DNA from: Chrysomallon squamiferum
Lineage: Eukaryota; Animalia; Mollusca
Length of the DNA: 64,000 bases
Reading direction: 5' to 3'
NCBI GenBank assembly: GCA_012295275.1
Contig: CM022679.1
Location: 992,001-1,056,000, forward strand
The translations under genes were made by a program, and so were the position numbers. Within the stretch, counting starts at the first letter, position 1. Each line of letters opens with the position of its first letter. Below are positions 1-13,888 of the stretch, piece after piece. The notes below the pieces were generated by a model, which saw only the letters and a list, made by a program, of their open reading frames with translations, had not been told where the DNA came from and searched no databases.

Positions 1-268
1 AAATAAATACATAACTAGATGAGAAACCCGCTGTCAACTGGACATATACTGAAAACTGAATCGTATTCTTGGTGACACTGTATTACAATTTTTGGTGAAT
101 ATGATACAAATTGTACCAAATGCATGGCTACCTTGTATCACACTGCTAACACCGATACTGTCAGTATTGAAGAATGAATAATTCGTTTATATTCTTCAAT
201 TAATTTGTTCACTTCACAAACGAGAGAGACAGAGACGTTGTATATTACTGTTTTTTCTTTCTACTCAC

Positions 269-1387
269 CAAGAGACAACATTTCCACAATGGCTGAGTTT
301 TTCTGATGTGAGTCTAACTGTACAAGTCTCGCACCTTCTGACTGACATCTGTGTTGAGCTGAGAGCCACGTCTGTTCGTCTGATGACAACTTCACACACA
401 GTGGACCTTTTCTGATCAAACGATAACCATCTGAGTTACACATTTCTGTAACCAAACACACAAAACATTTTGTTATACCGATTATACAAAACATTTGGTT
501 ACAGAGATTAATAAAAATACCCATAGTCACAAACACGGAACACACGTTTTTCAAGATATTATTCATATACATTAAGACACAGAAACACAGACACAGATAA
601 ACAGAAACATACAGACACATTCAGTCACATTCGCATAGGTATATCTGTAAGAATGAGCGTATAGAAACAACATGGGAGACTGTTAATCCTGTAAATAATG
701 CGAGATTTGGAAAATATAATGTTATGCAAGATACTGTTTTTAGAACTACTTAGAACAAAATAGTGTTATGTAGATGTACTAGTATGAAAATACTGTTTTA
801 TACAGATCATAATAACATCAAGATACTTATATAAATTATGCTAAGATCAAATACTCTTTTATATAGATTATACTGACATTAAAATATATGTAATGTAGAT
901 TATACTAACCTAAAAAACACTATATATATATCATGCTAACATCAAATACAGTGATATGTAGATTATACTAAAATGCTGTGTTATTTAGTTTATCTGATCA
1001 AGTAATCAAAGGTGACACCCAAACAAACAGTTGTAGCGTATTCCAATATGATGAATAATAGTAACGTTACCAATAAACACGTAACCAGATAAATACTAAC
1101 AATATAACCAGACATACGCTAGTGAAGCAATAAGTTAAAATAAGAATATATACATATATACCAATGTAGGTGATACCAGGTGATATCACAACATTGAAAG
1201 TATCAAGCCATCTGTTTTCCAGGTAACAGTTTCTCTTTTCCTGGTTGAAGAAACACGTGGAACATGTTGAGTTGCGACCACAGGGAATCACACATGCTAT
1301 AAGTGTGTCTGTCGGTACTGGAACCATGGTGTTTGTAAAAACTAGCACGCTGTAGATACTGGCAATATACTGACTCATGGAAATCAT
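269..1387 (-). CDS. PAN/Apple + C-type lectin gene L1 (type A); last exon lies just left of the window
   Basis: PAN exon 1387-1162 (CVIPCGRNSTCSTCFFNQEKRNCYL; donor G|GTATAT, phase 1). CTL N-half exon 445-269 (TACAG| ... G|GTGAGT; CNSDGY..LCVKL..TWLSAQHRCQSEGARLV). Bases 1-32 match the intron sequence next to exon 3 of L2 (3367-3398). True N-terminus unresolved. Confidence 0.8.
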
Positions 1388-2733
1388 TGTCCGACTTAAA
1401 TAATAAAGGAATAGTTTGAAAAATGAAAAAATGATGTAAATATATTTTCAGATATCCAAATGAAACTCTACTAGTCAGATATCAAACTGAATCAGCAGTA
1501 GTCGGAGATTTATATGAAACATCAGCAGTTAGATATATAAATGAAATATCAAAATCAAACAATAATAGTTACATACCAGAAAGAACCAGTACTAGTCAGA
1601 TATCAAAATAAAACAGTGATAGTCAGATATCAAAATAAAACTGTATAAGTCAAACTAAACAGTAGAAGACAGTTATCAGAATAAAACAGTAGTAATCAGA
1701 TACACAAACGAGACAGTAATAGTCCGGTACCAAAATGAAATAGTAGTAGTCACAAATCAAAATGTGACAACAATAACACACTTCAGCTTTTCAACTGATT
1801 CTTTGACAGCAACTATTGCAAAATATTGATCTTATCATTGTTTTCACCTATTGTTAATTCCCATGTTTGTCTGCAAACTGGTTTATTTGATCGCTTAGGA
1901 GAGCATGATTGTGTATTATTTTCAAGAAAGCTGTCATATAAATATCTGATTAATTAATTATTATTATTATTTTGTAACACGTCATCGATCACACGTACAA
2001 ACCTGACAGAGCGTCATTTAAATGTGAAAGACAAAAGACATTCTACGATGTTTGTTTAACAATTAATGATCGTATTTTAATAACATGAAAGAAAAAAAAA
2101 ATAACAAAAGAAGTCGCAAAACAACACGAAGAATCCAAGTAAATAATATATGACTTGATTAATATGTGTGAATACACAGAAAATAATAAAGAACAGATTG
2201 CAGCTCAACAAAAAGTTTATATCATTATTTTTATTATTTTTCATAATAGTAATCAATTTCTATTTGGTTTTATTAACCATTGAGTAATTTCGTTGAAGTC
2301 AATAACTAAAATTACAAACTTAAACAAACTTTCATTATGAAAGAAGATTTTGAAAGAAATGTGATTGACTGATTTGAATAAGAAAGAGCAGATCGAGAAG
2401 ATGCTAAGAAAGTAGAATTAGAAAATACTGTAGAAAGACTGTGATGAGATATATAGAAAAAACTGTCCTATATTGGAAGATGATGCATTGAAAATCTTTT
2501 CTTGTAAAAGAGAAAAAACATGCTCTGTCTATAAAGATTAAAATGGTAGAACAACAATTGTAATGGAGTGCTGGAGAAAGCTGAAAGTGGGTTTTAAAAT
2601 TCACAAAATCAATTTATATGATTTTCTGTTTCTTTCAGTGCAATTGATTGTTTTAGACACACAGAAATCAAGAAAGGAAAGAAAAGAAAAAGAGCAACAA
2701 CAACAGAAACTAATAACAGTTACAATAAATAGA

Positions 2734-2764
<31 letters not shown>

Positions 2765-3128
2765 ATGAATGAATAAATCAGTGTATAAATAAATAAATAA
2801 ATGTTAAATGTTACTTTTCTCTAATCTTCTGCTTCGTATTTACTTTACGTTGGTTTATTTTACAAAGATATACGTAGCTATTTATTTGGTCGTTTGTTTA
2901 TTTATTTTCTATTTCTAATAATAGTAATAATATTAATAATAATAATAATAATTATAAAATAAAATGAAATGAACAAAACACAAATTAAAACAGTTCATTG
3001 TATATCAAGTTAATGCAGAAGAATCTAGACACAATTAGCTGAAAACCAGAAATTGAGAAATTGCAAATCTCTTTCTAATTTGTGTAATAATTACGAAGGA
3101 TTCTGTTCTGTGGTATATTTTTCTCAGT

Positions 3129-3857
3129 TTACATAAGTTTTTCACAGATGTAACGTGAACTGTAGAGGCAGTTAATGTCAATACATCCGTGTTTATATTT
3201 GCCAAAGTCTAAATCCACGCAGAATTCACCAGCGTTGTTGGAGCTGTTCGGTTCTCCTGGTGCCCAGCTGGTGTAGCTCAACCGTGAGCCGTCCAGCCAC
3301 ACCCAGGTACCGTTGTGGGTCGGGTCGTGAGCTCCCACGTGAAACAAGGTACGTTGATGATCTAGAAAATAAATACATAACTAGATGAGAAACCCGCTCT
3401 CAGTTTCATATATTCCAGACAGGATGGTTACATTGTATCATGTGCATGGTTACACTGATGATAAACGTGGTTTCATTAATCATATACATGGTGACTGTAT
3501 ATTATTTAAATGATTACATTCTGTGATATACATAGTCACATTTCGTTATATGCATTGTAGGATTTAGTCATATACATGGTCACCTTGTGTCATACATAGG
3601 GTTATGTTTTTCACAAACACGATTTACATTCCACCATATACTTGAGAAAAATGTGTTATGTATGGTTATTTGTATATAATTTTTTTCTTCTTTTTTTTCT
3701 GAAAATACTATGAATCTGATATTTTCATCATAATTAGTAATTTCTGTTAATATTACTACAAAAATCAGTAATATGCATTAATGTTATTCTTCGATTAATA
3801 ATTAGATTAATGGAAGAAAATAGTTTGAAATAACTTATTAATATCCGTTTAATCAAG

Positions 3858-3934
<77 letters not shown>

Positions 3935-5419
3935 TGTGTAATTTCGTTTTTTCCGTTTTACTCACCAAGAGACAACATTTCCACAATGGCTGAGTTTTTC
4001 TGATGTGAGTCTAACAGTACAAGTCTCGCACCTTCTGACTGACATCTGTGTTGAGCTGAGAGCCACGTCTGTTTGTCTGACGACAACTTCACACACAGTG
4101 GACCTTTTCTGATCAAACGATAACCATCTGAGTTACACCTTTCTGTAACCAAACACACAAAACTAACATGAAACCATTTTTATATAGATTAACCTAACAT
4201 CAAAGTATTGTTATATACTCTATACTAACAACAGTAAGCGGCTATATGGATTACATTTACACCAAGACGTTGTTATATGTACTAAACTGTCATCAAAATA
4301 CTGTATTTTGCAATATCAGAATGCATTATTTTGGAGGTATACCATCGATTCTAAAATATTCCTAGGATATTACGTTCAAACCATCTGAATACTCGTGGCA
4401 CTAAAGCTATTTGATGTGAGATTTTGTCTAAAATCAAGTTTCTCGGTGGCCATTTTGAAAAATTGGCTGTCTCAGGTAATCAGTTTTAATATTTTGTTTT
4501 ACAAATAACATATCTCATGTTATACCTGGGAGATTCCTGAACAAAATTATATCATTCGTGGAAGAATTTCATTATTCAGAGTTTCTTACGATGACTATTT
4601 TGCAAAAGATGAATTTTGTGTACCTCCATCCCTTTAGTGATACCAGTTTGACAGAACCACCAGTCCTAAAACATTGCTGGGACGATGCCCAATTAAAAAC
4701 CTATCATCAAATCTTCTGAATACTAGTCGTCTGTGAAAATCAGCTTCTTGACTATAGGAAAGTCCCGGTGTTAAATCGTTGACCAGAACAGCACTGAGAT
4801 TATACTAACAGGTCATACTTTTCAGGTCGTGCTGATACTGTGTCTGCATACAGCACGTAACTGTAGTCTGCTATCATATCTCATGGGTATAAAGTCAGAC
4901 AAAAATTCTGAAGGCATGTTTTGGTTTCTTGATTCCACTTTTCTGTTTAATTATAGGATCTGGGATAAATCGTTTAGGGGACACATGTCCTCAGGCGGCT
5001 AGCTGGCGGCCATTTTGAATTTATACAAATTAATGTACTACCAGATTTTCTCCGAATTTCTTATGTATATTCACAGTGACTCCCCTAATAAACAAAAGTA
5101 AGGTAATCAAAAGTATGCGTTTTGTAGACAAATGACAAATAATCAAGAATATTACATTAAAAGAGAAACTTAAACTAATACCTGACTGCAGAACGAAGTA
5201 GATGACACCAGGTGATATTCCAACAATGAAATTATCAAGCCATCTGTTTTCCAGATAACAGTATCTCTTTTTCTGGTTGAAGAAACATGTGGAACATGTT
5301 GAGTTGCGACCACAGGAAATCACACATGCTATACGTGTGTCTGTCGGTACTGGAACCGTGGTGTTTGTAAAAACTAGCACGCTGTAGATACTGGCAATAT
5401 ACTGACTCATGCAAATCAT
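3129..5419 (-). CDS. PAN/Apple + C-type lectin gene L2 (type B), three coding exons, ~215 aa
   Basis: Exons 5419-5182 (PAN), 4142-3966 (177 nt) and 3361-3129 (WVWLDGS..WAPGEPN..FCV..CIDINC..YICEK, stop TAA). All GT-AG with phase-1 junctions; 648 nt open frame. Confidence 0.85.
4310..5030. mobile_element. Possible non-autonomous DNA-transposon relic in intron 1 of type B lectin genes (second copy ~17690-18407)
   Basis: Higher-complexity block absent from type A introns, with two GGCCATTTTGAA motifs (~4448, ~5007) of a kind often seen in invertebrate interspersed repeats. No TIR pair or TSD identified. Confidence 0.3.
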
Positions 5420-6760
5420 AGTCGAAATTTTAAAGTAATAGAATTTTGTTTAGGGAAACTGCGAAAAAGTGCAATAGCAGTAGTCAGATGTGAAAACGAA
5501 ACAACAGTTGACAGATATCCAAATAAAACAACAGTAATCAGATATCAAAATGAATTAGTATTAGTCAGATATTAAAATGAAACAGTAGTAGTCCGGTTTA
5601 TTAAATGAGTTCTGGAAATAAAACAGATATAATCAAATTAGAAAACGGACACATATAATCTTAGACGGATATAGTCACATATAGATATAATCAGGTAACT
5701 GAGACAGATATAAACAAAGTCAGATATAATCAGTCAGATATACATAACAGAGAACTGACGTCTGTAGCTGAGACTTCTGATAAATGACAAGTGGTGACGC
5801 TATGACAGGAAACATAGTTAAATATTGATCTGATTATTGTGTTCACCCTACTGTTAGTTGCCAACTTTGTCACTGTTTGATCTTGTAGAACACTTTTGTG
5901 TCTTGTTTTAATAAAGCTGTAATACTAATTATTATTATTATTTTTTTTACACTCCGTCGGCTCCACATACAGATATAGAAGAGCGACAACATTTATTTAA
6001 AGATTAATAATATGAAAGCCACTACAAAAACCAACACCATTCAAACCAAAACAGAACAAAGCAAAGTAAAACCCACACAAATAAACCACAACATTATTAA
6101 TGTTTGGCTTGATGAACATGAATAAATCTGCGCATCAGATTTTGTAAGAGATTTTATGGGCGACTCGTTTGACTTCTTTATAAAACATTCTGGACTGAAT
6201 AACACTGGAAGTCATTTTTCAGTGGCCAATCCTGATCAAGTCTATGCGAAGACAAAGTAAAAGAGTTTTAATAGATTTTGAAACGAGCATTACAAAGGCT
6301 TAGAGTCGTCTGTATCTAACACTATGCGTCTTCTAGGTAACGCCTTTTGTTTAGAAAATATTGACTTTCAAAAGACGTATGCACTCGAGAATCATTTGTC
6401 TTTATAGAACTGTTTGTTCTTCTCTGATTATAAATAAAACATATTATCTAACAATTTGTGTATGTTGTCACAAAATGACTAATGAATTATATCTCAATTA
6501 TAAATTTACGCTGAATATTAATCCCTAAGGAACTGGCAGCAAGTCCAGGTTTGATTAAACCGAGATTCCTTTATTCATTTGGAGCGACAGAAAACTGCCT
6601 CTTGTGTTATATTAATAGTGACCGTATAATTCGAAGATTATAGTTTGAAAATGTTCTGAAATATCTTATCAAATCTGTTTAAACAAGGAAAGAGAGATAG
6701 AGAGAGAGAGGTTAAAAGAAACGAGAGAGATAAATAAACAGATAGATAGAGAGAGGGAGG

Positions 6761-6958
<198 letters not shown>

Positions 6959-7556
6959 GTACGTTTGGGTTATACGCAGAATTGATAAACCAAATTATTC
7001 AGAATAATCAGTTACGGCAGATGAAGGTTTTTTTAAACAGAGATATTTTCTCCTGGCTAGTCAAATTGTAAACATACTTTCTGCAAGACAAATCTTCTGA
7101 TTTGTGTGAAAGATAATGAGTATAACTACTTTAATATTTTCAATGGCACAGAATATAAATCACTTTCTTGTGTTTTCAGTAGCACTGCCTTGTTTACCAC
7201 ATTCGCCACAGTATTGCTATATTTGTAAATGTACGGATATTTATTATTATCATATTATTCATTTGTCATTTCCAAAATTGGATTTCAGATTCAGTTGTGC
7301 GTTCATGTAAAGATCTGTTTAGTAAATGTATGATACATGTATTCCATATCTGAAACTATCGATGTTACGTTATCACAAAACTCTCCAACTTCTTTGTTAC
7401 AGGTGAATTCTACTTTCAGTTTCTAATTAATATTTTGACAGTGCCTCTGTCAGTTTGTAATTAATCATTTTACAGGGCTATTTTCAGTTTATAATAAAAA
7501 ATGTACATGCTCGGAATCTTAAGTGTCAGCTAAAGTATGTCTTTTTTTTCCTTCTT

Positions 7557-7600
<44 letters not shown>

Positions 7601-7791
7601 TTTGTGATTATATATAAAATAGTTTAACCAGGAATTCTGTAAAGAAATATGTGCCATTTTGTGTGTCATACAACAGATATTTATCCTTTGTATCAGTATG
7701 TGTATTACAGTTGCCTGTTTTCATGTACAAATGTTTTTAAAATTTATTATCTCGTTGACACACATGACATTCTGTAGTGCAGACACAATGG

Positions 7792-7959
7792 TCAGTTGTA
7801 GATGTGTCTTTTTATCCACTGCAAGTACATGCTGACCCGGGTAAACACGCCCGGGTAGTCACCTGATCTGAGTTTACTGCTGAATGATACGATACCAGAA
7901 ACAACGTGTTTGCCTTGCACTTTACACACCAGAGCACTACCACTGTCTCCCTGATAGCA

Positions 7960-8003
<44 letters not shown>

Positions 8004-8947
8004 CATAATAATAATAATAATAATTATAATAATTATGACAGCAGAAATAACACAACAATCATAATAACAGCAATAACAACAAAAACAATAATAACAACAA
8101 CAATAATCGCAACAATAAGAACAACATTAATAACAACAATAATGATAATGATGACGACAATAATAACAGCAATAATACTACTATTACTAACAGTTAAAAT
8201 AGTGATAATGATAAAACTAATAATAGTAATAATAACAGAAGTAGTAATAGTAGTAGTATTAGTGGTAGTGGTAATGGTAGTGCTAGTAGTAGCAGTAATG
8301 GTAGTGTTAATATTGACAAGAAGAACAACAATAAAAATAAATAAATAAACAAATAAATAAACAAATAAATTTATCTATACTACACGAAAAATAGCAGCAG
8401 CAACAATAACAACAACAACAACAAAAACCACAACAATAACAACAACAACAACAACAACAACAACAGCAACAACAAAACGTGTTAACCCTAGGTTTGATTT
8501 CCTCACCGGACAGATACCAATCCTCTTATTTTTGTATCCTGCGCAGATTCTGAACGTCATCCTCTCGCTATACAGTTTCTGACACAGAGAATTCCATCTC
8601 ACTGGTACCTTTATCTTCCGAGCGGTCGGAGATGGAGCACTCCCTATACAAAAAATTAAAAGTAAAAAGAAAAGTAAAAAAAGAAATTAATTCAATAACC
8701 TTAAATATATTTAAAAACAACAAGAAGAAATAAAAAGAAAAGAAGAAAAGAAAAAAGGAACAAAAGAAACCCTAAACAAATCAAATAAATACAATTGAAT
8801 AAATACAGAAACAAAAACAACACCAAAATATAATAATAACTAACAAACTAACTAAAAAAATAAAAAAAATAAATAAGCAAATAAACAAACACAGAAACAG
8901 AGACGATAAAGATAAGTTAGAATAAAAAAAATGAATAATCCATTATA

Positions 8948-9024
<77 letters not shown>

Positions 9025-9229
9025 TCTTTTTTGAGCTTTTGTTGTTGTTGCTTATTGATTTTCATTTTTTTCAATATGTCAAAACTGAGTTGCTTACTTT
9101 CTAACCGTATTGAGTTTTAACACAAAAGATACAACTTACCTTCATAGGTACATCCCCACCCGCTTATGTAGCATTCCATGCAGGGTGGTGGGTAGTGTTT
9201 GAAGGGTGGCGGTAAATATAGTCTTTGGA
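7792..9229 (-). pseudogene. 5'-truncated S1 serine protease copy P1 (last two exons plus part of exon 5)
   Basis: Exon 7 7950-7792 (GDSGSALVC..IYN*), exon 6 8643-8507 (..ICAGYKNKRIGICP), exon 5 remnant 9229-9140 (QRLYLPPPFKHYPPPCMECYISGWGC). The His- and Asp-coding parts and the exon 5 acceptor are missing. Confidence 0.85.
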
Positions 9230-9247
9230 AAAGTTTGGCCAGTTGGA

Positions 9248-9423
9248 ACCAGGTGATATTCCAACATTGAAATTATCAAGCCGTCTGTTTTCCAGGTAAC
9301 AGTTTCTCTTTTCCTGGTTGAAGAAACACATGGAACATGTTGAGTTATGACCACAGGAAATCACACATGCTATAAGTGTGTCTGTTGGTACTGTAGATAC
9401 TGGCAATATACTGACTCATACAA
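9248..9423 (-). pseudogene. Orphan PAN exon fragment with a 32-bp frameshifting deletion
   Basis: Matches the other PAN exons (TDTLIACVISCGHNSTCSMCFFNQEKRNCYL) but lacks CGTGCTAGTTTTTACAAACACCATGGTTCCAG after YS and lacks its splice donor. Abuts protease exon 5. Confidence 0.85.
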
Positions 9424-12400
9424 ACTCATACATGATATCATTATATCATATGCATGATTATATTGTATCGTAATATTGCACATACTGTATCTGATGAATG
9501 GCTATCTTATCTCACAAACATGATAATATTGTATCACATATATGCTGACATTTTATCATATACAAGTGATAAGGAACGTTCATCATGATGCTCATCATCA
9601 TCGTCACCGGCTTCAATACTGTTAGTACTGAATAATGAATAATTCTGTTTTATTCTTCAACTGATTTGTTCACCTCAGAAACGAGTGAGACAGAGAAGTT
9701 GTATATTACTGTTTTTCCCGTTCTACTCACCAAGAGACAACATTTCCACAATGGCTGAGTTTTTCTGATGTGAGTCTAACTGTACAAGTCTCGCACCTTC
9801 TGACTGACATCTGTGTTGAGCTGAGAGCCACGTCTGTCCGTCTGACGACAACTTCACACACAGTGGTCCTTTTCTGATCAAACGATAACCATCTGAGTTA
9901 CACCTGTCTGTAACCAAACACACAAAACATTTTGTTATACCGATTATACAAAACATTTGGTTACAGAGATTACACAAAATACCCATAGTCACAAACACAG
10001 AACACACGTTTTTAAAGATATTACTCATATATATCAAGACACAGAAAGACAGACACAGAAAACCATAACATACAGACACATTCAGTCACATTCGCATATG
10101 TATATCTGTAAGAATGAGCGTATAGAAACAACATGGGAGACTGTTAATCCTGTAAATAATGCGAGATTTTGAAAATATAATGTTATGCAAGATACTGTTT
10201 TAAGAACTACTTAGAATAAAATAGTGTTATGTAGATGTACTAGTATGAAAATACTGTTTTATACAGATCATAATAACATCAAGGTACTTATATAAATGAG
10301 GCTAAGATCCTGCGTTCTGTTGATTAGACTAAAATCAGATAGTGTGTTATATAGATTAAACTAATCTGAAAAACACTATGCTATAAGTGTGTCTGTTGGT
10401 ACTGTAGATACTGGCAATATACTGACTCATACAAACTCATACATGATATCATTATATCATATGCATGATTATATTGTATCGTAATATTGCACATACTGTA
10501 TCTGATGAATGGCTATCTTATCTCACAAACATGATAATATTGTATCACATATATGCTGACATTTTATCATATACAAGTGATAAGGAACGTTCATCATGAT
10601 GCTCATCATCATCGTCACCGGCTTCAATACTGTTAGTACTGAATAATGAATAATTCTGTTTTATTCTTCAACTGATTTGTTCACCTCAGAAACGAGTGAG
10701 ACAGAGAAGTTGTATATTACTGTTTTTCCCGTTCTACTCACCAAGAGACAACATTTCCACAATGGCTGAGTTTTTCTGATGTGAGTCTAACTGTACAAGT
10801 CTCGCACCTTCTGACTGACATCTGTGTTGAGCTGAGAGCCACGTCTGTCCGTCTGACGACAACTTCACACACAGTGGTCCTTTTCTGATCAAACGATAAC
10901 CATCTGAGTTACACCTGTCTGTAACCAAACACACAAAACATTTTGTTATACCGATTATACAAAACATTTGGTTACAGAGATTACACAAAATACCCATAGT
11001 CACAAACACAGAACACACACGTTTTTAAAGATATTACTCATATATATCAAGACACAGAAAGACAGACACAGAAAACCATAACATACAGACACATTCAGTC
11101 ACATTCGCATATGTATATCTGTAAGAATGAGCGTATAGAAACAACATGGGAGACTGTTAATCCTGTAAATAATGCGAGATTTTGAAAATATAATGTTATG
11201 CAAGATACTGTTTTAAGAACTACTTAGAATAAAATAGTGTTATGTAGATGTACTAGTATGAAAATACTGTTTTATACAGATCATAATAACATCAAGGTAC
11301 TTATATAAATGAGGCTAAGATCCTGCGTTCTGTTGATTAGACTAAAATCAGATAGTGTGTTATATAGATTAAACTAATCTGAAAAACACTATGCTATAAG
11401 TGTGTCTGTTGGTACTGTAGATACTGGCAATATACTGACTCATACAAACTCATACATGATATCATTATATCATATGCATGATTATATTGTATCGTAATAT
11501 TGCACATACTGTATCTGATGAATGGCTATCTTATCTCACAAACATGATAATATTGTATCACATATATGCTGACATTTTATCATATACAAGTGATAAGGAA
11601 CGTTCATCATGATGCTCATCATCATCGTCACCGGCTTCAATACTATTAGTACTGAATAATGAATAATTCTGTTTTATTCTTCAACTGATTTGTTCACCTC
11701 AGAAACGAGTGAGACAGAGAAGTTGTATATTACTGTTTTTCCCGTTCTACTCACCAAGAGACAACATTTCCACAATGGCTGAGTTTTTCTGATGTGAGTC
11801 TAACTGTACAAGTCTCGCACCTTCTGACTGACATCTGTGTTGAGCTGAGAGCCACGTCTGTCCGTCTGACGACAACTTCACACACAGTGGTCCTTTTCTG
11901 ATCAAACGATAACCATCTGAGTTACACCTGTCTGTAACCAAACACACAAAACATTTTGTTATACCGATTATACAAAACATTTGGTTACAGAGATTACACA
12001 AAATACCCATAGTCACAAACACAGAACACACGTTTTTAAAGATATTACTCATATATATCAAGACACAGAAAGACAGACACAGAAAACCATAACATACAGA
12101 CACATTCAGTCACATTCGCATATGTATATCTGTAAGAATGAGCGTATAGAAACAACATGGGAGACTGTTAATCCTGTAAATAATGCGAGATTTTGAAAAT
12201 ATAATGTTATGCAAGATACTGTTTTAAGAACTACTTAGAATAAAATAGTGTTATGTAGATGTACTAGTATGAAAATACTGTTTTATACAGATCATAATAA
12301 CATCAAGGTACTTATATAAATGAGGCTAAGATCCTGCGTTCTGTTGATTAGACTAAAATCAGATAGTGTGTTATATAGATTAAACTAATCTGAAAAACAC

Positions 12401-13420
12401 TATGCTATAAGTGTGTCTGTTGGTACTGTAGATACTGGCAATATACTGACTCATACAAACTCATACATGATATCATTATATCATATGCATGATTATATTG
12501 TATCGTAATATTGCACATACTGTATCTGATGAATGGCTATCTTATCTCACAAACATGATAATATTGTATCACATATATGCTGACATTTTATCATATACAA
12601 GTGATAAGGAACGTTCATCATGATGCTCATCATCATCGTCACCGGCTTCAATACTGTTAGTACTGAATAATGAATAATTCTGTTTTATTCTTCAACTGAT
12701 TTGTTCACCTCAGAAACGAGTGAGACAGAGAAGTTGTATATTACTGTTTTTCCCGTTCTACTCACCAAGAGACAACATTTCCACAATGGCTGAGTTTTTC
12801 TGATGTGAGTCTAACTGTACAAGTCTCGCACCTTCTGACTGACATCTGTGTTGAGCTGAGAGCCACGTCTGTCCGTCTGACGACAACTTCACACACAGTG
12901 GTCCTTTTCTGATCAAACGATAACCATCTGAGTTACACCTGTCTGTAACCAAACACACAAAACATTTTGTTATACCGATTATACAAAACATTTGGTTACA
13001 GAGATTACACAAAATACCCATAGTCACAAACACAGAACACACGTTTTTAAAGATATTACTCATATATATCAAGACACAGAAAGACAGACACAGAAAACCA
13101 TAACATACAGACACATTCAGTCACATTCGCATATGTATATCTGTAAGAATGAGCGTATAGAAACAACATGGGAGACTGTTAATCCTGTAAATAATGCGAG
13201 ATTTTGAAAATATAATGTTATGCAAGATACTGTTTTAAGAACTACTTAGAATAAAATAGTGTTATGTAGATGTACTAGTATGAAAATACTGTTTTATACA
13301 GATCATAATAACATCAAGGTACTTATATAAATGAGGCTAAGATCCTGCGTTCTGTTGATTAGACTAAAATCAGATAGTGTGTTATATAGATTAAACTAAT
13401 CTGAAAAACACTATGCTATA
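9367..13420. repeat. Four near-identical ~1011-bp tandem units, each carrying CTL exon 2
   Basis: ATGCTATA recurs at 9367, 10378, 11391, 12402 and 13413 (periods 1011/1013/1011/1011). The same ORFs repeat in the track. Confidence 0.95.
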
Positions 13421-13888
13421 TATATATATAGATATCATGCTAACATCAAATACAATATGTAGATTATAGTAAAATGCTGTGTTATTTAGTTTATCTGATC
13501 AAGTAAACAAAGGTGACACCCAAACAAACAGTTGTAGCGGATTCCGATATGATCAATAATAGTAACATTACCAATAAAAACGTAACCAGATAAATACTAA
13601 CAATATAACCAGATATACACGAATGAAGCAATAAGATAAAATAACAATATATACATATATACCAATGCAGGTGATACCAGGGGATATCCCAACACTGAAA
13701 TGATCAAACCATCTGTTTTCCAAATAACAGTATCTCTTTTTCTGGTTGAAGAAACATGTGGAACATGTTGAGTTGCGACCACAGGAAATCACACATGCTA
13801 TACTTGTGTCTGTCGGTACTGGAACCGTGGTGTTTGTAAAAACTAGCACGCTGTAGATACTGGCAATATACTGACTCATGCAAATCAT
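9731..13888 (-). CDS. Rearranged PAN + C-type lectin gene L3 (type A): exon 2 quadruplicated, own exon 3 absent
   Basis: PAN exon 13888-13663. Exon 2 copies 12942-12766, 11931-11755, 10918-10742 and 9907-9731, each with intact AG/GT. No EPN exon between 9731 and P1. May be a pseudogene or a chimeric gene. Confidence 0.6.

Noticed and set aside
7116-7310. Recurrent 64-aa ORF MSITTLIF.. in the protease 3' flank
   Set aside because: Disrupted in the copies at ~38.8 kb (premature TAG) and ~45.4 kb (ATG lost); no domain or splice support.
9140-9423. Direct in-frame PAN-protease fusion within a single exon
   Set aside because: The PAN frame runs out of frame into protease exon 5 and stops (..PAWNAT*). 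The ATG frame does match the protease frame after the 32-bp deletion but hits TAA and TGA inside the PAN sequence.
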